From Salinispira sp. (lineage in GTDB: Bacteria > Spirochaetota > Spirochaetia > DSM-27196 > Salinispiraceae), in assembly GCA_965226555.1 (NCBI GenBank), contig CBDDDG010000018.1, positions 42,548 through 106,547 of the forward strand: DNA of 64,000 nt, written 5' to 3'. The notes beneath the pieces were generated by a model. It was given only the letters and a program-made list of their open reading frames with translations, made no database searches and was not told the origin of the DNA. Position 1 is the stretch's first letter. Each line of letters begins with the position of its first letter. Made by a program: the position numbers and the translations under genes. This document shows positions 10,875 through 21,829 of the stretch, piece after piece.

Positions 10875-12404
10875 ATGGTTACCGTATTAGTTGCCGTCCT
10901 TCCTCTCGCGGGCATGATCATTGGTTGGGGGTTGCGTTGGATCTATGCAAGATTTCAGCTCAATTCTTCTGAACAGAAAAGTGATCGGTTAAAACGTTAT
11001 GCTGCAAAAGATGCTGAAACTCTGAAAAGAGAATTGGTAATAGAAACAAAAGACCAGCTCCTTCGGGAACGTAATCAACAGGAAAAGGAAATACGTGACC
11101 GTCGGCAGGAACTCAGCAAAATTGAGAGAAAATTTCTTCAGAAAGAAGAAAACCTGGAAAAAAAAGCGCTTGAAGTTGATCAGCACATAGCAACCTTTGT
11201 AGATCGTGAGAGGAAACTGGACACACGAGAGTCTGAACTCACCAAACAGGAAGAACATTGGTTCAATGCACTTGAGCGTGTAGCAAGTCTGAACCGTGAC
11301 GAAGCAAAAAAACTCATAATGCAGTCGATTGAGGACAGTACTCGTCATGATGCTCAGGGGTTAATCAATAAAATTGAACAGGAATATCAGCACACTGCCG
11401 AACGCAAGGGCCGTGAAATGCTCATTTCCGTTATACAGCATATAGCAAGTGAGGTAACCGCAGAAGTAACAGTTGCTTCCGTGAATCTGCCGAATGATGA
11501 AATGAAGGGGCGAATTATTGGTCGTGAAGGCCGGAATATACGGGCTCTTGAGACCCTCACTGGTGTCGATGTTATCGTTGATGATACGCCTGAGGCAGTT
11601 GTTATTTCCTGTTTTGATCCGGTGCGCAAGGAAATTGCCCGGAGAAGCCTTGAAAAACTCATAAGTGACGGAAGAATTCATCCGACGCGGATTGAGGAAG
11701 TTGTTCAGAAAGTAACCCATGAAATCAGCCAATACATCTTTGAAGAGGGAGAAAAGGTCCTCTTCGATCTTGGTATCCATCACATGAAACCGGAGGGTAT
11801 ACGGGGCATAGGCCGCTTGGTATTCAGAACAAGCTATGGTCAGAATGTGCTTAATCACAGCAAAGAAGTCGCAATTTTTGCGGGTATGATAGCCGGCGAA
11901 GTCGGAGCCGACCGCGATATTGCCCGAAGAGCGGGACTGCTTCACGATGTTGGGAAGGGCATTGAATCCGATGGCGATACAAACCATGTTGAACTTGGGG
12001 TTGAACTTGCCAAGCGTATTGATGAAGATGAAAAAGTTATTAACGCTATTGCAGCGCATCATGGCGATGTTCCGCACAGTTGTATTGAATCGGTCATTGT
12101 GCAAATTGCAGATGTTCTGAGCGCTTCCAGACCGGGGGCACGCAGGGAAACTCTGGACAACTACATAAAGCGTCTTGAAAATCTTGAAAAAATTGCCGAG
12201 GATTTTGACGGCATCGACAAGGCCTATGCAATTCAGGCTGGCCGTGAACTCCGAATTATGGCTAATCATGAAAAGGTCAGCGATAATGATGCGAGAGAAA
12301 TTGCCCGTGAAGTCGCCAGAAAAATAGAGGCTGAACTCCGATATCCCGGACGTATAAAAGTAACCATGATACGTGAGACCAGGGTTGTCGAATATGCCCG
12401 ATGA
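10875..12404 (+). CDS. rny: Ribonuclease Y
   Basis: N-terminal TM, coiled coil, KH motif MKGRIIGREGRNIR, HD motif LLHDVGK. Confidence 0.97.
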   Translation: MVTVLVAVLPLAGMIIGWGLRWIYARFQLNSSEQKSDRLKRYAAKDAETLKRELVIETKDQLLRERNQQEKEIRDRRQELSKIERKFLQKEENLEKKALEVDQHIATFVDRERKLDTRESELTKQEEHWFNALERVASLNRDEAKKLIMQSIEDSTRHDAQGLINKIEQEYQHTAERKGREMLISVIQHIASEVTAEVTVASVNLPNDEMKGRIIGREGRNIRALETLTGVDVIVDDTPEAVVISCFDPVRKEIARRSLEKLISDGRIHPTRIEEVVQKVTHEISQYIFEEGEKVLFDLGIHHMKPEGIRGIGRLVFRTSYGQNVLNHSKEVAIFAGMIAGEVGADRDIARRAGLLHDVGKGIESDGDTNHVELGVELAKRIDEDEKVINAIAAHHGDVPHSCIESVIVQIADVLSASRPGARRETLDNYIKRLENLEKIAEDFDGIDKAYAIQAGRELRIMANHEKVSDNDAREIAREVARKIEAELRYPGRIKVTMIRETRVVEYAR

Positions 12405-12423
12405 TTCCGATGCATAAACCCTT

Positions 12424-13221
12424 ATGACGCGTACAATTCTGGCTATTGGCGATATTATCGGGCAGCCCGGCGCGCGCGCTCTCTTTGCGCTTCTCGCAGG
12501 TCTGAAAAAACAATATCGGGCCGATATTACAATAGTGAACGGAGAAAATGCCTGTAATGGTTTCGGACTTACCCCCGAACTTGCCGACACAATATTTAAT
12601 TCAGGCGCCGATGTCATAAGCACGGGAAATCATATCTGGGATCAGAAAGAAATTTACCGCTATCTTGATGATCAGCCAAACATACTCAGACCGGCAAATT
12701 ACCCTTCGGGAAATCCCGGTAAGGGAAGTTGTATTGTGAAAGCGGGTGAAATACGATACGCAGTTATAAATCTTCAGGGGCGGGAGCGCATGGCGCACAT
12801 TGACTGCCCCTTCAAAAAAGCGACCGAACTTCTGCGCAAACTCAGTTCCCAGGCAGATGTCTTCATTATCGATTTTCATGCCGATGATGCGCAGGAGAAA
12901 GAGGCTATGGCCTACTACCTCGATGGACAGGCAACCCTCTTTTTCGGTACCCACACCCACATTCAAACAGCCGACCAACGCATCCTCCCCCAAGGCACCG
13001 CCTACATAAGCGATATTGGAGCCTCAGGACCGGAAAATAGTATTATCGGCTTTGACAGTGATATTGGCATACGGCGGAGTATTACCTACCTTCCATTGAA
13101 AAATGAAGTGAGTACCAGTCCAACAGTGATCTGCGGTATTGTTGTTACATTCGATGATGAAAACCCTCTCCAGGCGCAGAGCATCAAAACCATCAGGGTA
13201 CCCATGGATATGATAACGTGA
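12424..13221 (+). CDS. ymdB: YmdB-like metallophosphoesterase
   Basis: GDIIG, NGENA, GNHIWD and GTHTH motifs; directly after rny. Confidence 0.9.
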   Translation: MTRTILAIGDIIGQPGARALFALLAGLKKQYRADITIVNGENACNGFGLTPELADTIFNSGADVISTGNHIWDQKEIYRYLDDQPNILRPANYPSGNPGKGSCIVKAGEIRYAVINLQGRERMAHIDCPFKKATELLRKLSSQADVFIIDFHADDAQEKEAMAYYLDGQATLFFGTHTHIQTADQRILPQGTAYISDIGASGPENSIIGFDSDIGIRRSITYLPLKNEVSTSPTVICGIVVTFDDENPLQAQSIKTIRVPMDMIT

Positions 13222-14039
13222 AAAATCGTTTCCCTGTCGCCGGCAAATCCGTAAAATCCAGAAAATCCGGCGCAGCGGGCACGCGGAGCCTTCTCGAAAT
13301 AGTGAAAAAGCGTTTTCCCATGAGAACGGGCACGGAGCTGTATGCGCACATTCTCTATGGAGATGTTTTCGTTAATGGTCATCGGGAACGTAATCTCTCG
13401 GCTCGAATATCTCCCAATGCCGAAATTACCATAGCGCCGCCCGAAAAAAATTATGTCAGCAGAGGCGGACATAAACTGGCATCGGTTCTCCACAGGGCTG
13501 AGAATGCGGGCTTCTGTTATCGCAACAGGGTTCTTCTCGATGCCGGAGCCTCAAGCGGCGGTTTTACCGATTGCCTTCTGCAGCACGGAGCTCAGACAGT
13601 TCACACTGTTGATGTCGGATATAATCAACTTGATTATCGGCTCCGCTGCGACTCCCGGGTTCAGGTTCATGAGCGATGTAATATAATGTCGATTTCGCGG
13701 GAGGATATGCAGCCCTGTCCTGAATGTGCTGTTGCTGATATCTCATTCCGCACCCTGAGCGGTGTTGTTCCTCATATCCTCACAATTCTCTGCTCGGAAA
13801 ATCCGCTCCTGCTCGCTCTTATAAAGCCTCAATTTGAACTGGAATACAGCGATATACCCGTAGCGGATTTTTCGGGGGTCTTAAGGGATAGCAGTATTAT
13901 CGAAGGGGTTCTTGATGATCTCATAGGCCGACTTACCGAAGAGGGGGTACGGGTGCGCGGAATCTGGCCATCCGGCCTGCGGGGAAAAAAGGGAAACCAG
14001 GAATTTTTTGGTCTCTTCGGCGCGCAGAATACTCAGTGA
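13218..14039 (+). CDS. tlyA: TlyA family rRNA methyltransferase/haemolysin
   Basis: S4-like N-terminus, YVSRGGHKL, DAGASSGGFTD, LIKPQFE, GNQEF. Confidence 0.92.
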   Translation: MKNRFPVAGKSVKSRKSGAAGTRSLLEIVKKRFPMRTGTELYAHILYGDVFVNGHRERNLSARISPNAEITIAPPEKNYVSRGGHKLASVLHRAENAGFCYRNRVLLDAGASSGGFTDCLLQHGAQTVHTVDVGYNQLDYRLRCDSRVQVHERCNIMSISREDMQPCPECAVADISFRTLSGVVPHILTILCSENPLLLALIKPQFELEYSDIPVADFSGVLRDSSIIEGVLDDLIGRLTEEGVRVRGIWPSGLRGKKGNQEFFGLFGAQNTQ

Positions 14040-14107
14040 AATTTTTGCTACTGGAAATTGTGCAAGCACAATTTTCCAATGCAAAATTTTCAGCAGTGAA
14101 ATCTCTA

Positions 14108-14941
14108 TCAGAGATCAGATGGGCGCAGCGGATGTCCGATAAAAAGGCCATCTCCACCGAGGAAGGAAATCAATTCTCCGTCAATAAGAATCTGCACAGC
14201 GCTCACCGAATCGAACTGTGTCGCAGTCGCTATGATCTGCTGAACCTGAAGGCGATATCCCTCAAGCCCGATAGGATTAAAGCTGAATTCCTCACTGAGG
14301 TCGATGTAGGCAATTTCTTCCTGAATCCATACCTTATTAATGTGCGTTTCAGGAGGTATAACATTGCGGTAGTTGCCGTATTCCCTCGGCTCGTTAATAA
14401 GATTTTTCAGAGTTTCGGTAAGCGGACTCGAAATAAAATGTACGCTTCGTTCTACCGCTTCAAGAGAAATTATCCCATTATTGTCCATATGGACAAGATG
14501 AATAAGATAATCTCTTGCTCTGCTTTCGGGACTTTCAGAGATTTCGGACTCTCTCGCAGGCGCTTCATCATTTTTCTCTGCCGCAGATTCTGCCGCTTCT
14601 TCTGTTTCCTCTTTCGGAACTTCTTCGGATTCCCCGGATTCCCCGGAAATTTTCACTTCCTCGGAAATAGGGTTGCCATCTTCTTTCGGAACTTCTTCGG
14701 CAACAATAGGACCTACGGAGTCCGTTTCCAATTCAGGTATGAGCAGAGAATCCTTATCTGTTGATGTTTCATCCGCAACAGGATCAATTCCGATGCGCTG
14801 ATGTATTACCTCAATGAAACCAGTATTCTTCATAACCTGTTCGATATTTCTTCTATTAAAAAGAAAAATAACCAACACAAGCAGAATGGCTGCTATCCAA
14901 AAGAGTATTCCAAGAGATATACTAGATTTTCTTTCATTCAT
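14108..14941 (-). CDS. GerMN domain membrane protein
   Basis: N-terminal TM, acidic linker, AYIDLSEEF..TATQF..VQILIDG GerMN motifs. Confidence 0.85.
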   Translation of the reverse strand: MNERKSSISLGILFWIAAILLVLVIFLFNRRNIEQVMKNTGFIEVIHQRIGIDPVADETSTDKDSLLIPELETDSVGPIVAEEVPKEDGNPISEEVKISGESGESEEVPKEETEEAAESAAEKNDEAPARESEISESPESRARDYLIHLVHMDNNGIISLEAVERSVHFISSPLTETLKNLINEPREYGNYRNVIPPETHINKVWIQEEIAYIDLSEEFSFNPIGLEGYRLQVQQIIATATQFDSVSAVQILIDGELISFLGGDGLFIGHPLRPSDL

Positions 14942-14992
14942 GGATACCTTATCTATCGGTGAAAAGCGATTTTTCTAAAAGGAAATTACACA

Positions 14993-16399
14993 TTGATAGA
15001 CCTACAGCACATTCAATCTGATGAAATAGCAAAACTTGCAATAGTCGGCAGACCCAATGTTGGTAAATCGACACTTTTTAACCGTCTGCTTGGACGAAGA
15101 CGGGCAATAATCGCAGCTACTCCCGGAGTTACCCGCGATCCAATATCGCAAGCGGTAAACATTAATGGGGAACGCTGCATACTCATCGATACCGGCGGTC
15201 TCAGTGAATCGAGGGAATATCTCAATTCCCTCATTGTTGAAAAAAGTTTTTCAATTATCAGGGATGCTGATATTGTTCTGCTCCTGCTTGATATTACCGG
15301 GATCACTCCTGAGGACGAGCAGCTCATTGAGCATCTCCGTCCCTTTTCGGATCATATACTTGTCGCAGTTAACAAGGTCGATAATGAACAGCGTCTGCAC
15401 CTTATGTCGGACTATTATGGACTGGGTTTCTCACAACTTTTTCCAATAAGCGCCGCGCATGGAATTGGATGTGAGGAACTGATCGATGTTCTTGCTGAGC
15501 GCATTCAATCCATCAATAAAACACACAACAAAAAACAGCCGCCCCCTCCCGATCCTTCGTTCGAAGAAGAATGCGCCGACGAAAACAGCGCTGGGCAACA
15601 GGAAATGTCCATTACCATTCTCGGTCAACCAAATACCGGAAAAAGCACCCTTTCAAATTTTCTCAGCAAGGGAGAACACTCCATTGTTACTCCAACAGCA
15701 GGGACAACCCGAGATGTTCTTAAACAACATTGTGTATATAAGGGACATCATTTTTCTCTTCTGGATACAGCAGGAATACGAAGGAAGAATAAAGTTCATG
15801 ATGATCTTGAATATTATTCAGTTAACCGAGCCATTGCGGCAATAGAAGAATCTCAAATTATCTTTTTGATGATTGATGCTGAAAAAAATCTGTCGGACCA
15901 GGATAAGAAAATTGCCTTTCAGGCGGTAAAACACGGGCGGGGGGTTATTATCGTGCTGAATAAATGGGACCTTATCGAGAACCTTCCCAACCGCCTGCAG
16001 GCAGTGTCGGATCGCATTCGTTTCATTTTTCCCATTCTCCATTTTGCCCCCATTCTGCCTCTCTCGGCTAAAACCGGCGAGGGTATGAATCAGCTCATGA
16101 CGACGGCAGACCGCCTGCTGCAGCAACTGCGCTGCCGTGCTGCGACTCCCATTTTGAATAAAAAGCTGAAGGACTGGATGCAGCAGACACCTCCCCCGAG
16201 CAATAAGGGAGTCCGTCCGAAGATCAAATACATTGTTCAGGCAGGTAACCTTCCCATGAAATTCATTCTCTTTGTTAACAGGAAAAAGAATTTCCCCGAC
16301 AGTTATACCGGGTACATAAAAAACTGCATTCGTACAGAATTTACCATTACTGAAATACCCATTCGTATGGAATTGCGTGAATCGGGACGCAGCAGATGA
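14993..16399 (+). CDS. der: Ribosome biogenesis GTPase Der/EngA
   Basis: Two G domains: GRPNVGKS and GQPNTGKS, DTAG, NKxD. Confidence 0.96.
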   Translation: MIDLQHIQSDEIAKLAIVGRPNVGKSTLFNRLLGRRRAIIAATPGVTRDPISQAVNINGERCILIDTGGLSESREYLNSLIVEKSFSIIRDADIVLLLLDITGITPEDEQLIEHLRPFSDHILVAVNKVDNEQRLHLMSDYYGLGFSQLFPISAAHGIGCEELIDVLAERIQSINKTHNKKQPPPPDPSFEEECADENSAGQQEMSITILGQPNTGKSTLSNFLSKGEHSIVTPTAGTTRDVLKQHCVYKGHHFSLLDTAGIRRKNKVHDDLEYYSVNRAIAAIEESQIIFLMIDAEKNLSDQDKKIAFQAVKHGRGVIIVLNKWDLIENLPNRLQAVSDRIRFIFPILHFAPILPLSAKTGEGMNQLMTTADRLLQQLRCRAATPILNKKLKDWMQQTPPPSNKGVRPKIKYIVQAGNLPMKFILFVNRKKNFPDSYTGYIKNCIRTEFTITEIPIRMELRESGRSR

Positions 16400-16423
16400 T
16401 CAGAAATAATTATTCGGTATCTT

Positions 16424-17710
16424 TTGCCGAAAATAATTATAGTCGGCACCGGCAGGGGATGTATGAAAGTACGAATTTTCATAGGTATATTTTTAGTACT
16501 CTCACACATGGTAGTTGCGCTTATTCCAGATAATTCTCAGGCGCGCCGTCAGCTTATTTCCTTGCTGCAGGCGCCGGTATCAGAAATATCTTCAGACAAT
16601 GAACAGATAATCAGCAGTCCGCACCTTGAAAATTCAGTCAGCTTCGAAATTGAGAACCAAAACGGCAAGCTCTATCTGCTTTTTATAAATGAGCGCAATG
16701 GTAAGTATCCAATTGTCGGATCGGGCACTATGATTATTCGCAGAAATCTCGACACTGGCGCCATTGAACAGATAAAGATATATGCGGATGATATTGGCGC
16801 TCTGATCATACGTGTGAGACCATCAGGACGCCGCAGTCTTGTGCAGCTGAGTCTTTTTGATGACATTCTTTACGATAAAATTCCTGTTGAAGCGCGCATA
16901 GAGCAGATCATGACCATGAATGTGTCCGATATTATTGAACGCAGTAATGGACGTATTCCATGGGAACTATTTTTTCCGCCGGATGATCTTTCGGTATATG
17001 GGGGGATCAAAGATATTGTTCGGGAAATGCGGCAGATTATTCCATTCCTTCCCGATACGGAAGACGGAGCCATGGATGCCGCCGGAAATCTTGTTCGTAT
17101 TGAAACTCTGGGAATCCATCGGCTGCCTGGGTTTAACTGTTCGGGCTTTGCAAAATACGTTGCCGATGGAGTGTATTCCCGCTTCGGGAAGGGTTTCATG
17201 GATATAGACAGTCTCAAAATGAAACACCTGAGCTTACGGGGGAACAAAACCTCAGAGGCCTATGAAGATACACGGGATCCGTATTTCGGTCTGGACTGGA
17301 CACGTAACATTGCCGCAGAAATTTTACAAATGCAGACGGGGAGGCATGCGCATCCGGAAGATTCAGACATTCGGCATTCCGATTTTTATCCATACCGGGA
17401 AGACATTGGTTATTCAGTACAGGATCTCATCCAGATTCTGTATCTTGAAAGTATACGCAGACCCGGCATGTTCTATCTGGGAAGTATAAACGGTGAGTTC
17501 GGCGGCAATCCTCAACTCTGGCAGCATTATCATATTGTCGTGCTCTTCCCCTACTTTGACAGCGCGGGAAATTTCCGCATCACGGTTATGGAACGTAATG
17601 TGGAAACATCCATTGCCTCTCTTGAGAAACGCTATCCGCGGCAGTTCATCCATCTTGTCGGCATAGAGCCAGAGGAAAAATTCTCACCTCCCCGGCTTGC
17701 CGGAGAATGA
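16424..17710 (+). CDS. Conserved spirochaete hypothetical exported protein with NlpC/P60-like Cys motif (start likely 16463)
   Basis: GFNCSGFAK and downstream HYH motif; follows der. Confidence 0.65.
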   Translation: MPKIIIVGTGRGCMKVRIFIGIFLVLSHMVVALIPDNSQARRQLISLLQAPVSEISSDNEQIISSPHLENSVSFEIENQNGKLYLLFINERNGKYPIVGSGTMIIRRNLDTGAIEQIKIYADDIGALIIRVRPSGRRSLVQLSLFDDILYDKIPVEARIEQIMTMNVSDIIERSNGRIPWELFFPPDDLSVYGGIKDIVREMRQIIPFLPDTEDGAMDAAGNLVRIETLGIHRLPGFNCSGFAKYVADGVYSRFGKGFMDIDSLKMKHLSLRGNKTSEAYEDTRDPYFGLDWTRNIAAEILQMQTGRHAHPEDSDIRHSDFYPYREDIGYSVQDLIQILYLESIRRPGMFYLGSINGEFGGNPQLWQHYHIVVLFPYFDSAGNFRITVMERNVETSIASLEKRYPRQFIHLVGIEPEEKFSPPRLAGE

Positions 17711-17812
17711 TGTGAACCTTCACCGCATTGTCGGCTTGCCAGCTTGTCGATTGGTTCAGAAACGCCAATTCAGAAACAGGCAGGCACGGGGGCTGGTCGG
17801 CGCGGCGCATAA

Positions 17813-18331
17813 TTATCGCTGTGTGAAAAGTACCAGTATGGTAATCATAACCGGGAATATGAGAGCAAGTAACCAGAATATGTGCCGAATTGATTTCGTT
17901 ATATCTTCCCGCAGTACCTGAATATTTTCCTTTGTTTCTTCCCGCAGTACCTGAATATTTTCCTTTGTTTCTTCCCGCAGCGCCTGAATATCGTGCTTTG
18001 TTTCTTCCCGCAAGGCCTGCATATCGTGTCGCAGTACCTGCGCATCGGTTTGCAGTTTTTCCGTATCTTTTTTTAGGAGCTGAATATCCTGCTTCATATC
18101 TTTTTTTAGGAGCTGAATATCCTGCTTCATATCTTTTTTTAGGAGCTGAATATCGTTTTTTAGGAGCTGAATATCTTGCTTCATATCGTTTTTTAGGAGC
18201 TGAATATCTTGCTTCGTTACGAGTTCGTCGTTTTGCTGCGCAATGACCTTTGCCAGCACATCCGACTGCTGAAGAGAGAAACCATTTTTCTGCAATGTTT
18301 TTGATGCGAGTAGTGTGTCAATCATGGTCAT
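17813..18331 (-). CDS. DUF1640/Bdr-like coiled-coil repeat protein with C-terminal TM (probable leaderless start at 18325)
   Basis: LVTKQDI motif, (KQDIQLLKKDM)n and (REETKENIQVL)n 33-bp repeats, C-terminal hydrophobic helix. Confidence 0.8.
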   Translation of the reverse strand: MTMIDTLLASKTLQKNGFSLQQSDVLAKVIAQQNDELVTKQDIQLLKNDMKQDIQLLKNDIQLLKKDMKQDIQLLKKDMKQDIQLLKKDTEKLQTDAQVLRHDMQALREETKHDIQALREETKENIQVLREETKENIQVLREDITKSIRHIFWLLALIFPVMITILVLFTQR

Positions 18332-18360
18332 AATATACGAAAATTACGGGGCATTGTCAA
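18332..18360 (-). promoter_or_regulatory. Sigma70 promoter of the DUF1640-like gene
   Basis: TTGACA-17 bp-TATATT on the minus strand. Confidence 0.7.
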
Positions 18361-18380
18361 GAGTTTCGGGCATGGGTGGG

Positions 18381-18430
18381 TGGGAAATAAACCTTTGAGC
18401 TGCCCCCGCTTTGACCTATTATGCGTTCAT
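18381..18430 (-). mobile_element. Remnant downstream end of the IS481-like element
   Basis: TGGGAAATAAACCTTTGAGCTGCCCCCGCTTTGACCTATTATGCG matches the IS terminal repeats and the transposase stop context at 50660-50704. Confidence 0.8.
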
Positions 18431-18469
18431 GCTCAGAGCGGGAGATATGTCAATTTACAGAAACGTTCT

Positions 18470-18660
18470 TATATGCTGATTCTGAGTTCATGTATCTTTT
18501 CAGGGGAAAGTTTTATCGCTGCAACCACCTCGGACTCTTTCATTCCAAGCCGGAGCATATTACAAGCTGCTTCCGCAAGTCTTCATCGCCTGTCTTACTG
18601 ACTTTCCGCATAATATAGCACAGGGCTCCCCCTGTCAACACAACCCCGTCTGACCCGACG
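18470..18660 (-). pseudogene. Rpn nuclease fragment
   Basis: 18575-18656 is near-identical (reverse complement) to about 46500-46587 (GSDGVVLTGGALCYIMRKVSKTGDEDLRK), fused to an Rpn-like tail NMLRLGMKESEVVAAIKLS. Confidence 0.7.
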
Positions 18661-18763
18661 GGTTACATATGAATGGTGAATGATAAAATGAGAAAGTTTT
18701 TGAAAAAGTTTCTATTATTTTGGGATATTACTGTTGGACCTGACCCCGGCGCGGGGATCGCTG

Positions 18764-18940
18764 CTACGCTTCACCGTTTTTCTGCAATGTTCGAATTTCA
18801 TCCCCGCTGAGATTGGTGATATCATGAATAATGTCCATCGATATGCCCTTCCTGAGCATTTTGAGTACCTGCTCAAGTCCCTGCTCAAGTCCCTGCTCAA
18901 CACCTGCCCGCCATGGGTCATCTAAAAGATCTACCAACAT
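18764..18940 (-). CDS. Stand-alone Rpn C-terminal (RpnS-like) small protein, 58 aa
   Basis: SD GAGGAGG then MLVDLLDDPWRAGVEQGLEQGLEQVLKMLRKGISMDIIHDITNLSGDEI; paralog of 22264-22467. Confidence 0.75.
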   Translation of the reverse strand: MLVDLLDDPWRAGVEQGLEQGLEQVLKMLRKGISMDIIHDITNLSGDEIRTLQKNGEA

Positions 18941-19656
18941 ACGTTTTACCTCCTCAGGATGTTCCTGCCGGCTGCAGGCCGAGCAACGTCAATTAATGCG
19001 ATCCGTTCCGCAATGCCCGCATTTCCTCATCGCTCAGCCCGGTAATCCTCTGAACAGCCTCTGTCGACAACCCTTCCAAAAACATACTGCGGGCGTTTTT
19101 TCTCCGCTCCTCAATATGCCCCTCCGCGCGACCTGCCTGTAGCCCCTTTTGAAGTCCTTCTTCACGACCTGTCTGCAGTCCTTCCTGTCGACCTGTTTGC
19201 AATCCTTCTTCACGACCTGTTCGCAGTCCTGTCTGCAGTCCTTCCTGCCGACCTGTCTGCAGTCCTTCTTCACGACCTGTTCGCAGTCCTTCCTGTCGTC
19301 CTGTCTGAAGTCCTTCCTGCCGACCCATTTCCGCAATGCGCGCTTTGAATGTTTCCGCATTCATTCTGAACATTTTTGCTACCTCCTTACCTCTCGGTTC
19401 TTTTGTTCTTTCTAATCTGTTCATTAACGTATCTAAATCTATAACAATTCCGAACATCGAATCTACCACGCCGACAAATTCCTCTATCAGCTCCAGCGAT
19501 TCCTCATTCAGCATTTCTGCTATCGCTTTCTCCACCTTCTGAATGTCCCAATCCGTATTCAACAGATTTTTCGAGTACAGATCAAGGTACATAACAGCCG
19601 CAAACATTCTTCCCCGCTGCTGCAACTGCTCCGCAGAATAATCGTTCTCACTAATA

Positions 19657-20996
19657 GAAACCTTTGCACATCATCGGGAATAATGGTATTCTGAGGAAAA
19701 TTCACACAGAGAGCTGGGAATGAGCAATCGGGTTGTATTGCGCGCTGTCCGGCGCTGAAACAGGAGAACGCAATGGGAAATAATTGGAAAGAACATCATG
19801 GATCGCTGATCAATCAGGGTATTCAGGAAAGTAAAGCGCTGAAACGCTTTGATAGCCTGTATGAACTGATCAATTGGAAGGAAATTGGGGAGATGCTCTG
19901 TGCTATCAACAACAAATCGATGGGAGCGAAAGGATATCATCCGGTTATGATGTTCAAAGTGCTGTTGCTGCAATCGTGGCAGAATCTCAGCGATGAAGGC
20001 ATGGAAAATGCTCTTGCCTGCGACTTGGCATACAAGCGTTTTGTGGGGCTCAATGTTCTCGATGATACTCCCGATCATTCCACGATATGGCGGTTTCGGG
20101 AACAACTGACCCGTAAGAATATTCTTAGTGCGCTCTTGGACACGGTGAATGCGCAGTTGGACAAGCAGGATTGTGAAGTGCACCGGGGCGCAGTCAGCAT
20201 AATTGATGCGAGTGTCATACAGGCTTCGCGGCATCGGAAGAAAAAAAATGACGCAGGAGAATCGACACAGGATCCTGAAGCGGCCTACGCGAGTAAGAGG
20301 GGAGGCGATGGAACGGTACGAACAACCTACGGTTTCAAGATACACGTGACGGTAAATGAGAAGGGACGGGCGAAGAAACTGCTGGTGACTGCGGCTAATA
20401 TTCATGACAGCAAACTATTTGGCGAATTGATTATGGGAAATGAGACGGTGGTGTACGCGGATGCCGCGTACCGGAGTAAAGCGATTGCTGCGATGCTTGA
20501 GGAGATGGGCATAGAGAATCAGATACATGAGCGGGCGTATCGGAACACACCGTTAACCGATGAGCAGAAGCAGGCGAATTACGGGCGGTCGCGCGTAAGG
20601 AATACGGTGGAGCGGTTTTTTGGTCTGAGCAAACTCCATTGCGGCGCAAGAAAGGCGCGGTATATGGGAGTTCAGAGGAATCAGAGTCGGTTTATGTGTA
20701 TGGCGATTATGTATAATCTGAAACAGATGATCGGCATGAAACGGCGAATGGGGAACATGGCGCCGGAAAACTCTGCGGTTGCGGCATAACAACAGGATAG
20801 CTGTGCCCTTATGGCGGTACTGCTGCCGGAAATGAGGGAAATACTGAAAAAAGATGAAAAAAAGAACGAATATAGCGCGTATCGCGCCGAAAAAAGATGG
20901 AGGATGCTGAAGAGAATAACGTGAAAAACGATGAATAATTTTTTCTGCGTGGAAAAAAGACTACCGGCAGATATAATGGAGTTATTCAAAAGTTTC
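19657..20996 (+). mobile_element. IS5-family insertion sequence, 1340 bp
   Basis: Ends GAAACCTTTG / CAAAAGTTTC, flanked by TAATA on both sides where the intact paralog has a single TAATA (exact end/TSD split slightly ambiguous). Confidence 0.9.
19773..20789 (+). CDS. IS5-family DDE transposase
   Basis: LSDE..PDHSTIWRFRE (DUF772-like), IIDAS, GFKIH, YADAAY, RNTVERFFG. Confidence 0.93.
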   Translation: MGNNWKEHHGSLINQGIQESKALKRFDSLYELINWKEIGEMLCAINNKSMGAKGYHPVMMFKVLLLQSWQNLSDEGMENALACDLAYKRFVGLNVLDDTPDHSTIWRFREQLTRKNILSALLDTVNAQLDKQDCEVHRGAVSIIDASVIQASRHRKKKNDAGESTQDPEAAYASKRGGDGTVRTTYGFKIHVTVNEKGRAKKLLVTAANIHDSKLFGELIMGNETVVYADAAYRSKAIAAMLEEMGIENQIHERAYRNTPLTDEQKQANYGRSRVRNTVERFFGLSKLHCGARKARYMGVQRNQSRFMCMAIMYNLKQMIGMKRRMGNMAPENSAVAA

Positions 20997-21009
20997 TAAT
21001 AAGATCGTA

Positions 21010-21135
21010 CCGAAAATTTTGCTCCGCAAAATTTTCCAATAAGATTCTCCCATCTATATATTTGATTCTCTCAAGATATAGAAAGTTTTGCTACTGGAAA
21101 TTGTGCTTGCACAATTTTCCAAGGCAAAACTTTGT
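21010..21135. mobile_element. Double-hairpin MITE with nested inner palindrome, TA-flanked
   Basis: Absent from intact paralog; TA on both sides; the same unit recurs at 24683, 24860, 25058 and 40583. Confidence 0.85.
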
Positions 21136-21829
21136 TAGGGAAAGGGAGCAAGATACTGCGGGAATTCCCGCGTGTTCTGCTCTCTGACATTCCCGGGCAC
21201 CTTCCATTTTCTCGTGCCATTATAGAACACAATGGGCAGAAATACCAACTCGCAGTCATCGGGAATTTCGCCAGTGCGGTGAATGTTCCGATAGAGCAGA
21301 TTCGTATACTCCGACATGCGGAGGGGCATGTCTTTGTCCACTCCAGATTGATGCTCAAGGAGCACATAGATAGCAACATCTCCCGTGTGATCCCGACTTC
21401 TGATTTTGCAGACAATGTCGGCCATTCGTGTTTTCGCATGGTCGATAAAAAAGGTACCGTTTTCAATGGTTATATCCTCGATTCGCAATTTTTTCGTCCA
21501 TGCGCCTCCGACAAAGCGTTGCAGAAATTGGAGCATTATTGCGGGTTGGAACAGCAGGGAGCGGTATCCTTGGTCGTAGGGAACGGGGGCGGGTTTTTCT
21601 TTGAAATCGATCATATAATTCCTCCTGAACGAAAGTTTTGCTACTGGAAATTGTGCTTGCACAATTTTCCAATGCAAAAGTTTCTGAACGTTTCTTTCTG
21701 AATAGGGGAGCTCCCATGGCGACATGGTCCCATGGTGAATTCTCCCTTATATATCTATAACGGGTAAAATGTCATTCTTGACTATGTATTTTGAAAGAAT
21801 TTGAAAAAAGTTTTGATACTGAATAGAAC

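Larger units (their letters stand above)
18993..21614 (-). pseudogene. Rpn/YhgA-like PD-(D/E)XK nuclease (type A) interrupted by IS5 and a MITE
   Basis: Both halves are near-identical to the intact copy 22520-23644; the break is at PFPY|DLI|SEND. Confidence 0.9.

Noticed and set aside
11361..12623. 420-aa antisense ORF
   Set aside because: Antisense shadow of rny with no recognisable motifs.
14036..14764. 242-aa plus-strand ORF
   Set aside because: Starts inside a palindromic repeat and is antisense to the GerMN gene.
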